A stretch of DNA of 64,000 bases from NCBI GenBank assembly GCA_964035575.1, contig OZ037840.1, forward strand, positions 1 to 64,000, given 5' to 3'. Positions 51,578-64,000 of the stretch are shown here, one piece after another. Within the stretch, counting starts at the first letter, position 1. Each line of letters opens with the position of its first letter. The position numbers and the translations under genes are program-made. The DNA is from Rhynchopus sp. YZ270_cl-10 (lineage: Eukaryota). Under the pieces are notes generated by a model. That model saw only the letters and a program-made list of their open reading frames with translations, ran no database searches and was not told the origin of the DNA.

Positions 51578-54500
51578 CTACACCCGTACACTCTTTGGCT
51601 TCCATCGTGGAGAGTCGTCCACAGGGAACAGCGCTGCGGACCGTTCAGCAACAGACACAGGCAGCGCACCGCGCCGGGAGGAGTTCAGTGTCGAGCTCTT
51701 TGAGACGAATGTAGTGTCGTGTTGCTTCAGTGTGCCCTCAAGCGGTGATGTGCACGACGCATCGGTGTTGCCCATCAGAACAGACGAAGACTGCACATAT
51801 GTCTGCGAATGTGGCAAATCTGAAAGCCCGTTTGAATGAGGTTCGTCCGACACCAGCTCCAACTCAAGATCATTCTTCAGCCCTGTGTCCTGAGACCTCG
51901 CCTGTTCACGTGCACCACTGCGACGTGAGATCACCACATCCATAGCATAGATCCCAAAGTCCCATACACACTTAACCATCACCATCAGTGCAGAGATCAA
52001 GAGACACACGCCGCTGACTGTGTACAGTGCACTGTCCTTAGATGCCTCTGTCGCAATGGCTATCGTCATCCCCAATACGGCGGACGCAAGCAGCAGGCTC
52101 AGTGTGATAGCAATCAAGTTGTCCATCGCAGACAAGAACGGACGTTTGACAACTGTTGCAGCAAAGAACAGCACCAGCAGAATCGTGATGACGATGTTGC
52201 GTATGTTGCAGGACGCTACAGAGGAAGGCTTCCATCCAGACAGCAGCGAGAGGCACAGAATCACAGCAAGCTCACACAGGATGTACCACAGACACGTCGG
52301 CTTCACGTTCTCAAAGCAGTTCCCGTACTTCTCTGCAAAGTAGCTCTGTCGTGACACCCAGATGTCTGTCCCAAACGCAAACTTGTACACAGCACTGTTC
52401 GCACGCTTCCCAGGCTCGCCTGTCTCTGGGCTCCCCACAATCGCAGGGTCTGGAAAGAGCTCCGCCTCTCTCTTCACATGGCGCAGCACAGTGGTGTACA
52501 GCAGCACAGGCGACAGCAGACACAGTGCCAGTGTCACGTACGAAAGCACTGCAAGCATCGTTGGGTAGCGTGAAGGGTCAAACACAACCTGTGCCGCCAC
52601 AAGGCTTGTCCCCTGCAGCAGGAACAGGTATGGGATGTACAGTATCCCAGGAAACCGTGTCACACTGATTGCCTTCTCACGTCCGTACCCCTGTGTTGCT
52701 TGCAGGACTGCAGCTGCACACAGCACCAGCAGAGCAATGCACATCACAACCACAGGGTTCATCACCATCGCCGCAAGCTTGTAGCCCCCAGCTGCACTCC
52801 CAAGTGACATCGTTGTCGGGTGGAACTCCCAGTCCAGTGGCTCCTCGCCCACATCCACGTCGTCCATTTCACAGCCAAAGCCGTTCAGCACTGCCAGCTT
52901 CCCTGCGTTCCCTGCACCACCACCCAGAACTGCTGCAGCGCCAGCAGCCGTGTTCGCCTTCTTCAGGTCTTGCTTCACAGACGCTTTGATACCGCTTGTC
53001 GGTGTGTCTCGCAGCAGCGGTGCTGTTGTCGTCTCTGTTGGTGCTGGTGTTGCAGGTGGCACTGTCGGTGGTGTGGCAGTGTGAGGTGCAAGTGTTGGTG
53101 GTGCAGGTGTAAGAGGTGTTGCTGTTGGTGGTTGTTGCGTCAGTGGGGCAGGTGTGACTGGTGGTAGAGTTGTCGGTGCGTTGGTTTTTGGAGATTCAGT
53201 CACTGGTGACGGTGTTGGTGGTGACACTGTCAGTGGTGCGGGTGTTGCTGGTGAAGGCGTGGGTGGTGCTGCTGTGAGCGGTGCAGGTGTAGGAGGTGAA
53301 GGTGTCGGTGGTGACACCGTAAGTGGCGCTGGTGTCGGCGGTGAAGGTGTCGGAGGCGACGCTGTTGGTGGTGCTGGTGTTGGCGGTGACGGCGTTGGTG
53401 GCGCTGGCGTCGGTGGTGCAGGTGTTGGTGGCGACGGCGTTGGCGGTGACGGAGTTGGTGGTGCAGGTGTCGGCGGTGATGGTGTCGGAGGCGACGGTGT
53501 CGGTGGTGCAGGTGTAGGAGGTGATGGTGTCGGTGGTGCTGGTGTTGGCGGTGCTGGCGTCGGCGGCGCAGGTGTCGGTGGCGACGGTGTTGGTGGCGCA
53601 GGTGTCGGCGGTGATGGTGTTGGCGGGGCCGGTGTTGGTGGTGATGGTGTCGGTGGCGCAGGTGTCGGAGGCGACGGCGTCGGTGGTGCAGGCGTTGGCG
53701 GTGCTGGGGTTGGTGGAGACGGTGTTGGTGGTGCAGGTGTCGGCGGTGCTGGTGTCGGAGGCGACGGTGTTGGCGGAGCCGGTGTTGGTGGCGCTGGTGT
53801 TGGCGGTGATGGTGTTGGCGGTGCTGGCGTCGGTGGAGCTGGTGTCGGGGGCGACGGTGTCGGTGGTGCAGGTGTCGGCGGAGCCGGTGTTGGTGGCGAT
53901 GGTGTTGGTGGCGCAGGTGTCGGCGGTGATGGTGTTGGCGGGGCCGGTGTTGGTGGTGATGGTGTCGGCGGCGCAGGTGTCGGTGGCGACGGTGTTGGTG
54001 GCGCAGGTGTCGGCGGTGATGGTGTTGGCGGGGCCGGTGTTGGTGGTGATGGTGTCGGTGGCGCAGGTGTCGGAGGCGACGGCGTCGGTGGTGCAGGCGT
54101 TGGCGGTGCTGGGGTTGGTGGAGACGGTGTTGGCGGAGCCGGTGTTGGTGGCGCTGGTGTTGGCGGTGATGGTGTTGGCGGTGCTGGCGTCGGTGGAGCT
54201 GGTGTCGGGGGCGACGGTGTCGGTGGTGCAGGTGTCGGCGGAGCCGGTGTTGGTGGCGATGGTGTTGGCGGGGCTGGCGTTGGTGGAGCTGGTGTGGGTG
54301 GCGATAGTGTAGGCGGTAATGGTGTCGGTGGTGCAGGCGTTGGCGGTGATGGCGTCGGTGGCGACGGTGTTGGCGGGGCTGGGGTTGGCGGTGATGGTGT
54401 GGGAGGCGACACTGTGACGCAGACAGCCGAGGCCTCCTGCACTGTGAGCACGGATGTGGCGAACTTCACTTCATCCATGTAGTACTCACCTGCACGGGCG

Positions 54501-55099
54501 AAGGAAGACCCACCCATGTGATACTCACCGATGGCCATGCCTCCGTAGCTCGACGTCTGCCGCATGTCCATGGTCACGTTCTTGGTGTGGATGAGGTCTC
54601 CGTTCGCATAGAAGTTGATCTGCTTCTCCGATGAGGTGTACGTCAGCAGGAGGTGGTACCACTGCCCTACTGACACCGCGAAGCCCGTGCTCGCTGTGAA
54701 CTTCAGCGTTCTGTAAGTGACCCTCCCGGACCCATCAGACATGATCCAGACCCCCCAGTTGCCTCCCACGTTCCCCGGGTCATTATTCGTCGCACCAATG
54801 GTGATAAAACCCCGCTTGCCCAAGACCACAGGCTTGACGTACCCTGCTATCGAGAAGTCGACGTCGCCAATGGGTGCCCCTGCCGCAGACCCCAGCCGCT
54901 TGAAATTGTCTGGCGTGATGTGGTACGAAGACGTCCCGCATACCTTATCTGCGCCTGTGCCCAGCAGGATGTTACCGTTAGCACTGTTCGTACCAACATT
55001 GTCAATCACCGTGGGTCCCTCAAGGTCGTACGAAGAATAGATACTGCCTTGTGCAAGCCACACACACAGCAGCAGAACGATACCCACCCTTCCGTGCAT
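51578..55099 (-). CDS. Paralogous LamG-like / Pro-Thr stalk / multi-pass TM protein; ~1173 aa
   Basis: N-terminal ~230 aa nearly identical to the 44771..48286 protein. Start placed at MHGRVG (55099) by homology. C-terminal TM region is different. Confidence 0.9.
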   Translation of the reverse strand: MHGRVGIVLLLCVWLAQGSIYSSYDLEGPTVIDNVGTNSANGNILLGTGADKVCGTSSYHITPDNFKRLGSAAGAPIGDVDFSIAGYVKPVVLGKRGFITIGATNNDPGNVGGNWGVWIMSDGSGRVTYRTLKFTASTGFAVSVGQWYHLLLTYTSSEKQINFYANGDLIHTKNVTMDMRQTSSYGGMAIGEYHMGGSSFARAGEYYMDEVKFATSVLTVQEASAVCVTVSPPTPSPPTPAPPTPSPPTPSPPTPAPPTPLPPTLSPPTPAPPTPAPPTPSPPTPAPPTPAPPTPSPPTPAPPTPAPPTPSPPTPAPPTPAPPTPSPPTPAPPTPAPPTPSPPTPAPPTPSPPTPAPPTPSPPTPAPPTPSPPTPAPPTPSPPTPAPPTPSPPTPAPPTPSPPTPAPPTPAPPTPSPPTPAPPTPAPPTPSPPTPAPPTPAPPTPSPPTPAPPTPAPPTPSPPTPAPPTPAPPTPSPPTPAPPTPSPPTPAPPTPSPPTPAPPTPSPPTPAPPTPAPPTPAPPTPSPPTPAPPTPSPPTPSPPTPAPPTPSPPTPSPPTPAPPTPAPPTPSPPTPAPPTASPPTPSPPTPAPLTVSPPTPSPPTPAPLTAAPPTPSPATPAPLTVSPPTPSPVTESPKTNAPTTLPPVTPAPLTQQPPTATPLTPAPPTLAPHTATPPTVPPATPAPTETTTAPLLRDTPTSGIKASVKQDLKKANTAAGAAAVLGGGAGNAGKLAVLNGFGCEMDDVDVGEEPLDWEFHPTTMSLGSAAGGYKLAAMVMNPVVVMCIALLVLCAAAVLQATQGYGREKAISVTRFPGILYIPYLFLLQGTSLVAAQVVFDPSRYPTMLAVLSYVTLALCLLSPVLLYTTVLRHVKREAELFPDPAIVGSPETGEPGKRANSAVYKFAFGTDIWVSRQSYFAEKYGNCFENVKPTCLWYILCELAVILCLSLLSGWKPSSVASCNIRNIVITILLVLFFAATVVKRPFLSAMDNLIAITLSLLLASAVLGMTIAIATEASKDSALYTVSGVCLLISALMVMVKCVWDFGIYAMDVVISRRSGAREQARSQDTGLKNDLELELVSDEPHSNGLSDLPHSQTYVQSSSVLMGNTDASCTSPLEGTLKQHDTTFVSKSSTLNSSRRGALPVSVAERSAALFPVDDSPRWKPKSVRV

Positions 55100-55128
55100 G
55101 TTGGGGAAGAAGAGTTGGGAAGAGATAT

Positions 55129-55867
55129 CATCCAAAATCTGTCCAATCGAATAATTTCTCAAAGTTTAAAAAGTGAAAAATGAGCTGGGATGGTTTGGAC
55201 CCTTTTAGGCCATTCTAGGGCCATGTGGTTTTAGGTGTCTTTTTTCCAACTTTTTGTCTTGGTTTGCATTTTTGGCATCCGCCGTGCAGTGGTGGGGTCG
55301 ATGTTGAAAAATTAGACAATTTTTTGACCAATTTTTGGAAAAATATGAGTCCGGTTATTTAGGGGCGCCTTAGCGAAGGGGTGTCATTATCGGTCACTCA
55401 TTCAACAGTTTTTGGCTTCCCGAATATCGGGAATAAAGTGACCAGCTGGACCAACTGTGGCACAGTAGTTAACAGGATCGAAACGATACTTCTGCCGGGG
55501 GGCACGCCTTATGTCCCCCGAGGTGAACTGTCTGGCTCCTTGACACCAAGGGGACTCGCAGTCAAGACGGTTTTAATGTATCCCTTCCCAGGAAAACCCG
55601 ATTGTGTCCACCGTGTTACCGAAAGGTTAGGACCACCCCAAATTTCCCCTTCAGCCACTATGCAGAGGTGCCTCCACAGGGGCCAGACCTAGCGTGAAAA
55701 CCATCACCAAAAAAAACTCACTGGAAAATTAAAAAAGGGACCCAGGATTTAGACCTTTTTGGGCCCTTCTTGGGCCGGGGTCGGACAATTTTTTTCTGGT
55801 AAAAAATGAGTAACTTTAGAACTGTACCAAGATCTGATTGCTCTATACGGTGGGCAGATTTGTGATG
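55129..55867. mobile_element. 739-bp TIR element with 4-bp ATAT TSD, 30 bp upstream of the start codon
   Basis: The empty site GAGATATAGGGG is present at the paralogue (48309-48320). TIRs CATCCAAAATCTGTCCA / CATCACAAATCTGCCCA. ATAT at 55125-55128 and 55868-55871. Confidence 0.9.
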
Positions 55868-56409
55868 ATATAGGGGAAGAGGAACGTGATGCAAATAGAG
55901 TTGTGAATGGGAAGAGAGACTAGGGGAGCCGCTCTACCCAAGCTGGGAGCATTCCTGTAGGGTGTGTGCGGGGTGGGTTAGAAATGAGCAGTACTTGAAA
56001 TACAAAGTGAAGTTATTAATGTATGTGTTACATGGGATTTCCCGAAGTTAGGCACATTGACAAGCATGCAACAACTGTCCGACTGTTCTTAGTTAAAATC
56101 AGCTGAAAAAGAATGACCACATGACGCTGATACAACAGCGCAGCCCCCAGGGATAGACAGCAAATGGGTGCTGCATCGTGTGTGCATCAAAAGCATCAAA
56201 AAAACAACATCAAAAAAAGAAAACTCTGAAACAAAGAGAACTACTGTGAGAGAAACCTTGAACACGCCTCACATGCATAGCAAAGCCTTTGTCGCTGCCT
56301 CCCCCTTGGAACAAATGCAAGGTGCACAGTGCAAAACATCTCTACGGACGTCGCACACTACACAACAAGAGAAACGTTGGTAAAGACACGTTAAGACGAA
56401 TAAGGCTCA

Positions 56410-57411
56410 TCAATCGCTGTCCTCTCTCTTCTGCTTCTTCGTCGGCTTCGTGGCGTTGTACGCTTTCAATGCAGCAGTGAAGGCATTGCTGTGTCCTGCT
56501 TTGCGTGCTATGTCCTCTGCAGTCTCATTGCACTGGTCAGTCTGTGTGAGGTTCGGAGTCTCTGCATTGAACGCAATGCGAAGGCACTCTGGGTCACCGG
56601 AACTTGCGGCAGCCATCAGAAGTGTACGCCTGCTTCCAAAGGTGGCGGGTTGCTGACTACCTGCATCGAGAAGAAGCTGCATGCAGTCTGCGTGCCCGCG
56701 CCAGGCAGCCACACTGAGCGCCGTGTCACCGTAGTCCCCACGTCTCGCAAGGTCGCACCCAGCCTCGATCAGCACCTGCAGGCACTCCACAGAGCCTACC
56801 TGCGCAGCACACATGGCTGCAGTGAAGCCCCCAGAGAAGAGCTGCTGTCCGATGGTGGCATTCAAGTCAGCACCCTCCTCCACGGCAAGACGCACACACC
56901 CGACGGAGCCCACCATCGCTGCGTACACCAACGCTGTGGTGTAGTAGTCATCACACCCCTCGTTGATATCTGCACCCTCCGCAATCAGACGCCGCATGTT
57001 GGCCACATCGTCACCAACCGCAGCCACGTACAGGGCCTCCTGAGGAGCACACTTTGTCTCGATGTACAGAGGCAGAAGCTCTGCCATGTTGGCGTGTGGT
57101 GCGGCGATTTCACCCAGAGCACTATTGATGATTAAAGCACGAACACCCTCCTTGCTGGCCTCACAGCCACGTCTCCTCAGCTCTGCCTCCGCCACCACCC
57201 GTGGGCTCGTCTCCACCACAACCGTGCACCCCTCCTCCAACGCCGTCACCTCGAGAAGCGGTGCTGCGTCTGCACCATAATGCAGCACAATAGAGTCAGC
57301 CTCTGTGTCCAGAGCACGCGCTGCTGCCTCCACAAGGCTGGCGACAGTGCTTGTCTCCTCGACCTCCAAGCTGAAGGTGTCGCATCCAGCACGTTGCAAG
57401 AAAACCAGCAT
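56410..57411 (-). CDS. Ankyrin-repeat protein with N-terminal ubiquitin-like segment; ~333 aa
   Basis: Ankyrin motifs TALVYAAMVGSVGCVRLAVEEGAD, GDTALSVAAWRGHADCMQLLLDAG. N-terminus FSLEVEETSTVASL..LEEGCTV is Ubl-like. Start chosen at the GC-content transition. Confidence 0.85.
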   Translation of the reverse strand: MLVFLQRAGCDTFSLEVEETSTVASLVEAAARALDTEADSIVLHYGADAAPLLEVTALEEGCTVVVETSPRVVAEAELRRRGCEASKEGVRALIINSALGEIAAPHANMAELLPLYIETKCAPQEALYVAAVGDDVANMRRLIAEGADINEGCDDYYTTALVYAAMVGSVGCVRLAVEEGADLNATIGQQLFSGGFTAAMCAAQVGSVECLQVLIEAGCDLARRGDYGDTALSVAAWRGHADCMQLLLDAGSQQPATFGSRRTLLMAAASSGDPECLRIAFNAETPNLTQTDQCNETAEDIARKAGHSNAFTAALKAYNATKPTKKQKREDSD

Positions 57412-58673
57412 TGTGTGTTGTGCAAAGTGCTGAGGAGTGTAACGTGGGGTGCTCGTTGAAATATTTTTGTCTTGCGCATGCATGGCACACATAGCATACG
57501 AAATGGAATTACCCCTGAAAATAGTTTTCCGTGGAATGAAAATAAACATAACGAGGAGAAGTTTTGGTGGCACTTTTTTTTTGGTTTTTACTTTTATTAA
57601 AGAACACCCGCGGTAGAGCTTTTCGTTGTGGTCTAGGTTTTGTTTTTTTTTATTGTGAAGAATTGGAGGAATAGTGGAGTTGCCACCTATGCGCAAGCTC
57701 CACTGTCAAGAGGGGACTGGGTAAGGGGGAAATGAAGCAGCCTCTCAGCCCGGGGTCATCATGTAGACACCAAGGCGGAGCACTGCAAACAGTGTTTTTG
57801 TTGGCGTTTTTTTCGCAGGTTGAGAAGAAAAAATAACAAAAAAAGAACGGCGTACCGGAGGGGGTGGACCCCTCAACCATGCAGTCCTACATCCAGTTTA
57901 CATCTGATAAAAAGGGGGGAGGTATCGCTCTATCTCCCTCTCTCTCGACCACTGCCCCCATAGGCTTTGGACCTCTCGTTGTTTAGCAAGCGGCCTTCAG
58001 TCATCTGGGGGGTGGAGGGTCGCGGCAACGTGCTGACAACATGTTGCGTAGCAATGACACCTTCATGTGGGGGGGAAGAAGAGAAGAGGGTGATTCACGT
58101 ATAGGAGTGTGTCACACAAAAAAGAGAGGTGAAAGTGAACAAAAGCGCGCGGTACATCGGCCGACGTCTAAAAAAAAAAAAAAGCAGGAAAAAACTGTAA
58201 AGTTCTCTGGTGTGTTTTAAAAGGTATTTCACGATTGGGTGATCTATGATGGTCTCCCGTGAGACACGGGAGTCACAGAGTCTGTGAGCTTACTGAGAGC
58301 TAGAAATAATAAAAACCCTTTCTTTTGCTTAGGTGGTACGCTACCCACGCCATACGCCTAGTAAAAAAATCTCACCCCGTTCATAGATCACCCAACGATA
58401 GAAGAGTCGTTACAGAAAACAAATAAAAGACAAGACAGAAAGGATACCAGTTTACAATAGGGTTGAGTAGGTGAAGAAGTGCAGTAGAGGAAGTGTACTG
58501 TAGGAACACAAGAGAGAAAATAGAGTAGTAGCAACGTGCCAAAACGCATCTCGGTCGCGCTCATGTTGCATAAAAGCGTGGGGCATGAGTGGTCCGTACC
58601 GTAAGAGAACGGAGGCGGTTCACAACCGCTCGGCGAATCACGCGACCTCTTTATACCCCAGCCTTTTTTAAGG

Positions 58674-59344
58674 CAGGGTTTCCGCCAAGGGGGACCGGGG
58701 GGGACCATGGACCCCCCCAATATTTTTCCCAGAAAAATCCGGATTTTTACAGGAGTTTGGGGGGGACCATGGTCCCCCCCAAGAAAAATGGGGTTTTGGA
58801 GGTTGTAGATGATCCCCCGTGGTCATGCGACCCCACCGTGCAGAGCATTTGGCTCGCTGTGCCAGAAGAAGTGGAAGAAAAAGGGGGTGGTGCAATCTTT
58901 TTTAAAAAGGGTAAAAGTAGCGTACCGTGCGCCTGCGGCGCTGTGTTGCTAGCTATGTGATATTGATATACTTCCATCGATACTTCCGTGCATTGCCCCT
59001 TTTTCTAAGGAGGCTTCGGTGCAAGCAACGGGTAGTTATTACATGTTCCCACTGCAGCACTGTAATGACTGTAGCACCATACAATAGAAAAAGCAAACAC
59101 CATCACCCTCCACTCTCACAAGACCCCTTACCTTGTTAAGCTTCCCCCGACCTCTACCAGACAGCACAGCTGTGAAGCTTGACATGGCTGCTATCAAACC
59201 TGGTGCACCCTTCGCCTCTCCACTCTGTGGCCTGCAGGGAGGCGCGCGCGACGACCGCTTTTGCGGGGAGAAAAATTTTTTTTGGGGGGTCTTTTTGATG
59301 GCCCCCCCCAATTCCTGAAACCCCAAATCCTGGCGGAAACCCTG
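58674..59344. mobile_element. CAGGG-terminated TIR element with apparent 5-bp TSD
   Basis: TIR CAGGGTTTCCGCCA. TAAGG at 58669-58673 and 59345-59349. Confidence 0.75.
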
Positions 59345-60568
59345 TAAGGTCCAAAAAAAAAAAAAACGTATCAACTATGATTTTGCACGTGTTACAGGTG
59401 GGAGCATAGCGGGGACCCTAAGGGCAATCATGGCTCAGTTCATATATGCCACCCAATGCCATTGCTTTGGGGGAACGACTCGCTTGTGGCTTCTTACATA
59501 GTGGGAGGATCTGGGGTAGGTTGGGGGGGAGCCTTCTTTACCTGGCTTCGAAGGGTGTTGTTCCCTTAGGGCTAACCGCGAAGTGCAATGTGGACTCGAG
59601 AAGTCATTAACAGGCAGCACATCTCACCCCTGGATGTGGCAGCTCTCCTGTGTACAATACGGGCAAAGCTGGCCTGACTCCAAACAATAAATATAAGGGA
59701 GTGTCTTTCCTTGACACATCACTGGAGCCAGTGTAGGAAAAAAAAAAGTGAAGCTGATAGTGCCAACGCCTCTGGGACGCAGGCATCTGACACTCCAAAA
59801 AAAAGGTTGAAAGATGAGCATGTCTCACGTGCATACACATCAAAGACAGCATTTTGTTTTTTACGCCGCAGGAGACGGACATAATGAAGCAAAGGCTGTG
59901 CAAACCCTTCCTTTTAAAAAGAGAAAAAAAAAAAAACAATAGAAAAAGATAAAAGGGCTTTCAACCACAAGCATCTACCTGTAAAGGGACACCTTTCGTG
60001 GTGCTAGCAAAACAGTGACTCCGCTAGGTACTAAAGTTCTGTTGATTGTCAACAGAACTTTTTGAAAATGGGGAAAAAAAAAAAAAAAAAGTTCTGCTGA
60101 GTGGTTCAGACCCGTTCTACCTGTCAAAAAAGCTCAGGAGAAGAAAATATGGAGAGGTGAGTGCTCAAACGTCCCAAAAAAGTCAAAATCGGGCGTTGGA
60201 AAAAAGTATTTTCATCATATGCAATCAATAAATTGATAGTAGTGAAAAAAAAAAAGTTGCGCACCGTGCGCCTGCGGCGCAAGCATGTACCCCACCACGT
60301 GGACCATCAACAGAACATTTTCAAAATCGGAAATCCTAGCGGAGAGCCTGTAGCAAAATGAAAAAAGAAAAAAAAAATTCGTACCTTCTATTCAATTGAA
60401 CAGAAGGTAAAAAAACTGAACAAAAATACAACAAATCGAACAAAGCCACGCAACAAACATCCGGTGGGGGTAAAAAAAAAAAAAACCTTCGAGCTTTGAA
60501 ATCCCAAAACCCACTCTTAGTTTTTACCCCTCCGGTGGTTGTTGTGTTGCTGTAATTGCAGGGTGGCT

Positions 60569-62973
60569 TCAGCCACGCCGTTTACGACCATTCATCTTTG
60601 AGGGGGGCTTTAGGTTTGCGAGAGCTTTTGATAGGTCCACTGCGTACTTGTATGAAGCAGGGGGCTTGCGGACTGGGGCTGGGGCCGTGTCATTGTCAGC
60701 ACTGCCACCGCCACCACCACCACCACCACTGTCCCGCTTGTCTCCTTTTGGCGCAGAAGGCTGGAGTATGACCCAGGTACGTTTCGCAACCTGGCAGTCA
60801 TTGCTGCTGTAGACGCGTCGCTTGCGGGCAGCACCGCCCACCTGCACATCTTCGTCGAAGTGGTACGGCACCGCCACCTCCTCAGGCAGCCCTGCGCAAG
60901 GGTACAGCAGGGGCGGCGCCTTCAGCCCTGCAGCCGAGACGCGTTTGCCGAGAAGCACCTTCCGCGGGAGGTACTCATTCTCGGTGAAGTGCGCCCGCAC
61001 TGCGGTGACGTACTGCGTGTAGCAGCTGTGCTGGTGGAGGAGCGCAATGAACGCGGCCTTGTCAATGTACCACAGGTCGCATCCTGTGATGGTCTGAACT
61101 GGGAAGAGCCAGCGGTGCAGCGCGACGAGAGTCATCCCGAAGACGTCCCCGGTACAGATGTTGCTGGCGCGCGAGCGGACACCGTTCTGTACAAACGCGC
61201 ACCCACACTGCATGACGAAAAGACGGTCACACTCATCGACAGCACTCAGCATGTTCTGTCTAGGGAGGAACACCAATGGGCGCATTTCTGTTGCGACAGC
61301 GACACACACGGCACGTGGCAGCACCTCACCGAGGATAGCTGTCTGGGCAAGCAGGTCTGCACAGCGCAGAATGCGTTCGGGCTGTGGAAGAGGGGTGGGG
61401 TTGTTACATCGGTTTTATGGTGTGAAAATATACATCCCGCTTTGATTAAACCTCGACAGTTGCTTGCAATGCAGGCTTCCACCCAAGTGAAAACATCGGG
61501 GTCTATCTGGTACGCATGTCCACTAATGCCATGGTCTGGGCTTCTCCAGTTGCAAAAAGAAGAGAAAATGTTGGGGGAAAAAATTGCCATACATTCTCGA
61601 CCTGTAGGTTCATCTGCTGCAGTCTTGATGCCTTTGCGCTGGCACAAATCTTCTTCTGCACCTCAGTCACACTGCAGTACTCCTCAAGCCGTGCGTACGG
61701 CAGCACCCATATGTCACAGTGCGTGAGTGCAAGCATGTCCTCCATGCACTCACCACAGTCGAAGAGGAAGGCCATCGCCCCGAAGGAGGGCATGTGTGTG
61801 GCGGTGTGCACACAGGCACCTTCCTCACCACCACCTTCACGCTCCACCTTGCCGCTGCACAGGAAGTACACCGCACGCCCTGTATCACCTTTGCGGTAGA
61901 CGTACGTACCCTTCCGCACGACCAAGGGCTCGAGGTACGTCATCACCCGTGTACACTCCGCGTCACTGAAGGCGACCATGAGGGGACACTGCCGCATGTC
62001 GTCGGGGCTGCGCGGGTAGTTCACTTCAATTGTTTTCTGGCGTCTGAGAAACGCTTTGTCGTACGTCAACTCACGCATCCGAGGGTCAAGCAAGGCGACT
62101 GCCTTGAAGATAGGCGCACGGTAGATAATCCAACACGAGCACTGCGTCTCGAGCACGATGCTTGCGGTACGCGGCTCGTCTGTCAGAATCGCGAAGTCCC
62201 CGAACAGCACCGGCGCTGTAAATCGGAAGAGGACTTGGTCAGCACCCTTGCCCTTCCCCCTGCGGGTGATCACACCCGAGCCGCTCAGGATCACCCAGAC
62301 GCCTGAGCGCGATGAGTCGCCTTCCTTAATGATGGTGTCCCCAGGCTGTGTGGAGACTGGAGTTGCCTCGTCAGCGAGGTTGCGCAGGTCCGCATCCTCC
62401 CAGCTAGAGAAGAGCATCCCGGTACGCAGCACGGACGCGATCTGGTCGTGGCGGTGGCCATGAGTGACCACCCCGCCTGCCTCCTTGTGGCGGGACGACA
62501 CGATGACACGTGGCACCCACAACAGACCCAGCTTGACGGCAGCGTGTCGCAGTACTTCGTGCTGTATTTCCTGTGGCAACTCCTTCATGAGAGCAGACTC
62601 GACATTGCCGAAGTCGGCAGTAGTGACGTTGGAGATGGCATCCTGTGGGGGGGAAAGGAATCGCGCAAAAAATGGGGATGTTTTTGGAAAGTTGGAACAC
62701 TTCCTCAGCCCCACACAGACCCTGATATGTACTACAAAAATGGGGAGGAAAAATAGAGGTTAAATTCTATAATTTCAGGCACAATGTCACCCAGGAAGAG
62801 GGGAAGGGGGGCCTTTCATTTCAAGAGGGGGGGAGGGTATGCCATACATCCTCTGTGTGCACCTTTGGGATGCGCTTCTTGATCAGCTTCACTTCGCCCT
62901 TGAACCGCCTGCGTTCGATGGCACGCACGCCACGTTCATCTGGGGCTGCAGAGGAATAGAGACTTACCTGCAT
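60569..62973 (-). CDS. Cyclic-nucleotide-binding domain protein (2-3 cNMP domains); join(62973..62848,62642..61593,61381..60569), ~662 aa
   Basis: cNMP motifs IIKEGD..VWVILSG..FGDFAILTDEPRTASI and VYRKGD..VYFLCSGKV..SFGAMA. Both phase-0 introns start GTATGGC and end pyrimidine-CAG, giving one continuous frame. Confidence 0.85.
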
Positions 62974-64000
62974 TACGACATGTGGCTGGGAGGAGAATAA
63001 GGGGAGGAGGAGGGCGGAGGGCGGAGGGAGAAGAAAAGTTTATAAGATGACCCTAAGCCTCTCGTTGCTTAGTCACCTTAGAGAAAGAGAAGTGGAGCTA
63101 AGAGGGAGAGTATACCTGTTTCGTGTTGCGGGGGAAGAGAGGTGGGGGAGGAGGGGGAGGAGGGGAGGAGGAGGGGGGGAGCATCCCGGCATGGTATAAA
63201 TAGCGGGAGAAGGGGGGGGAGAAGATGGTCAAAAAAAAAAATATGTGGTAGTCAAAGCGGGGGGTGTAGGGAAATGAACTCTTAATTTTTCGTCAATTTT
63301 TTAACCAAATTAAATAAAACAGCAAACTTTTCTACTAGTTAATTCGTTTTCGAGGTGTGTTGTTGTTTTTTTTTTCTTCTTTTCGCATTGTGAAAGAGAG
63401 GGGAAAGAGTGGTGAAACAGATGTTTTTTCATTTTTCATTTTTATTTTGGGTAGACTTATCACTTTCGTCTCCACCTTAGTGAGTAACTGGGGATCGGCA
63501 CTCACTTGGTCAAAAGCTTTTTGTACTACGGAAGGTATAAAACGCAGGTCGTCCTCAACCTTTTTTTAGAGCAACTTTCATGCACAAGAACCTTCCGGAT
63601 GGCCCACACATTAAAACAGTTTGAGACCATCAGGTTACGAGAACGGAACTTCGGATGTTTTGGACTTATGTACGATATAAAGAGAATGATTAGATTCATA
63701 TACTTTCAGTTCACAGAATTGAAAGTATTTGAGAGGGCCGACACATGCACCCTTTCTTTTGGTTTTAGATTTTTATTTTTGAGAATGATGAAAACACATC
63801 GGCCTCATAGTAAGGGCGGATGCAGGCACTGGAAAAAGGGTGGTATTTGTCGTCCCCTCATCCCCCCTTCTTGTAGTTGTTTGATGCGTTGACGCTTTCA
63901 CACAAAAGGGGGGTGAACACAGGGTGATGACACTTTCCGCTCGCAAAGTAGTGTGCGTAAACATATCTATGGTGGTTGTGATACCGCTACGACAAGCACG

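Noticed and set aside
55100..55162. 21-aa N-terminal extension of the second LamG-like gene
   Set aside because: It runs into the inserted TIR element; the paralogue starts at MHGRVG.
62946..62967. 22-nt GTAAGT..CAG micro-intron in the cNMP gene
   Set aside because: Splicing it breaks the frame, whereas the unspliced sequence is in frame from the ATG at 62973.

Overview
Eukaryotic, repeat-dense window, probably from a diplonemid or other euglenozoan. This taxonomy is inferred from an 18S fragment, GC-rich genes all on the minus strand, GTATG..AG introns and [11 protein letters not shown] membrane proteins. The left third holds a ~4.6 kb (GCGGGTTT)n array. An apparently intact ~10.4 kb Helitron follows it, and the same array resumes on the far side. 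The Helitron's spliced RepHel carries C2H2 fingers, HUH Rep, Pif1 helicase and a C-terminal OTU protease domain; a second spliced zinc-finger gene lies upstream, and both ends read TTCTAGT. Next come a modular GTGCGCAC satellite and a 5.75 kb non-coding segment bracketed by (AGCTAAGG)n arrays. That repeat unit matches the flanking host sequence at the 3' end of a TSP1-Hint gene. The rest of the window contains many non-autonomous DNA transposons with readable TIRs/TSDs, an 18S rRNA fragment, two LamG-like/Pro-stalk/multi-TM paralogues with unrelated C-termini, a Ubl-ankyrin gene and a 3-exon cNMP-binding gene. The best candidate for a novel system is mobile DNA associated with perfect 8-bp arrays on both sides. 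All calls were read by eye; no database searches were run.
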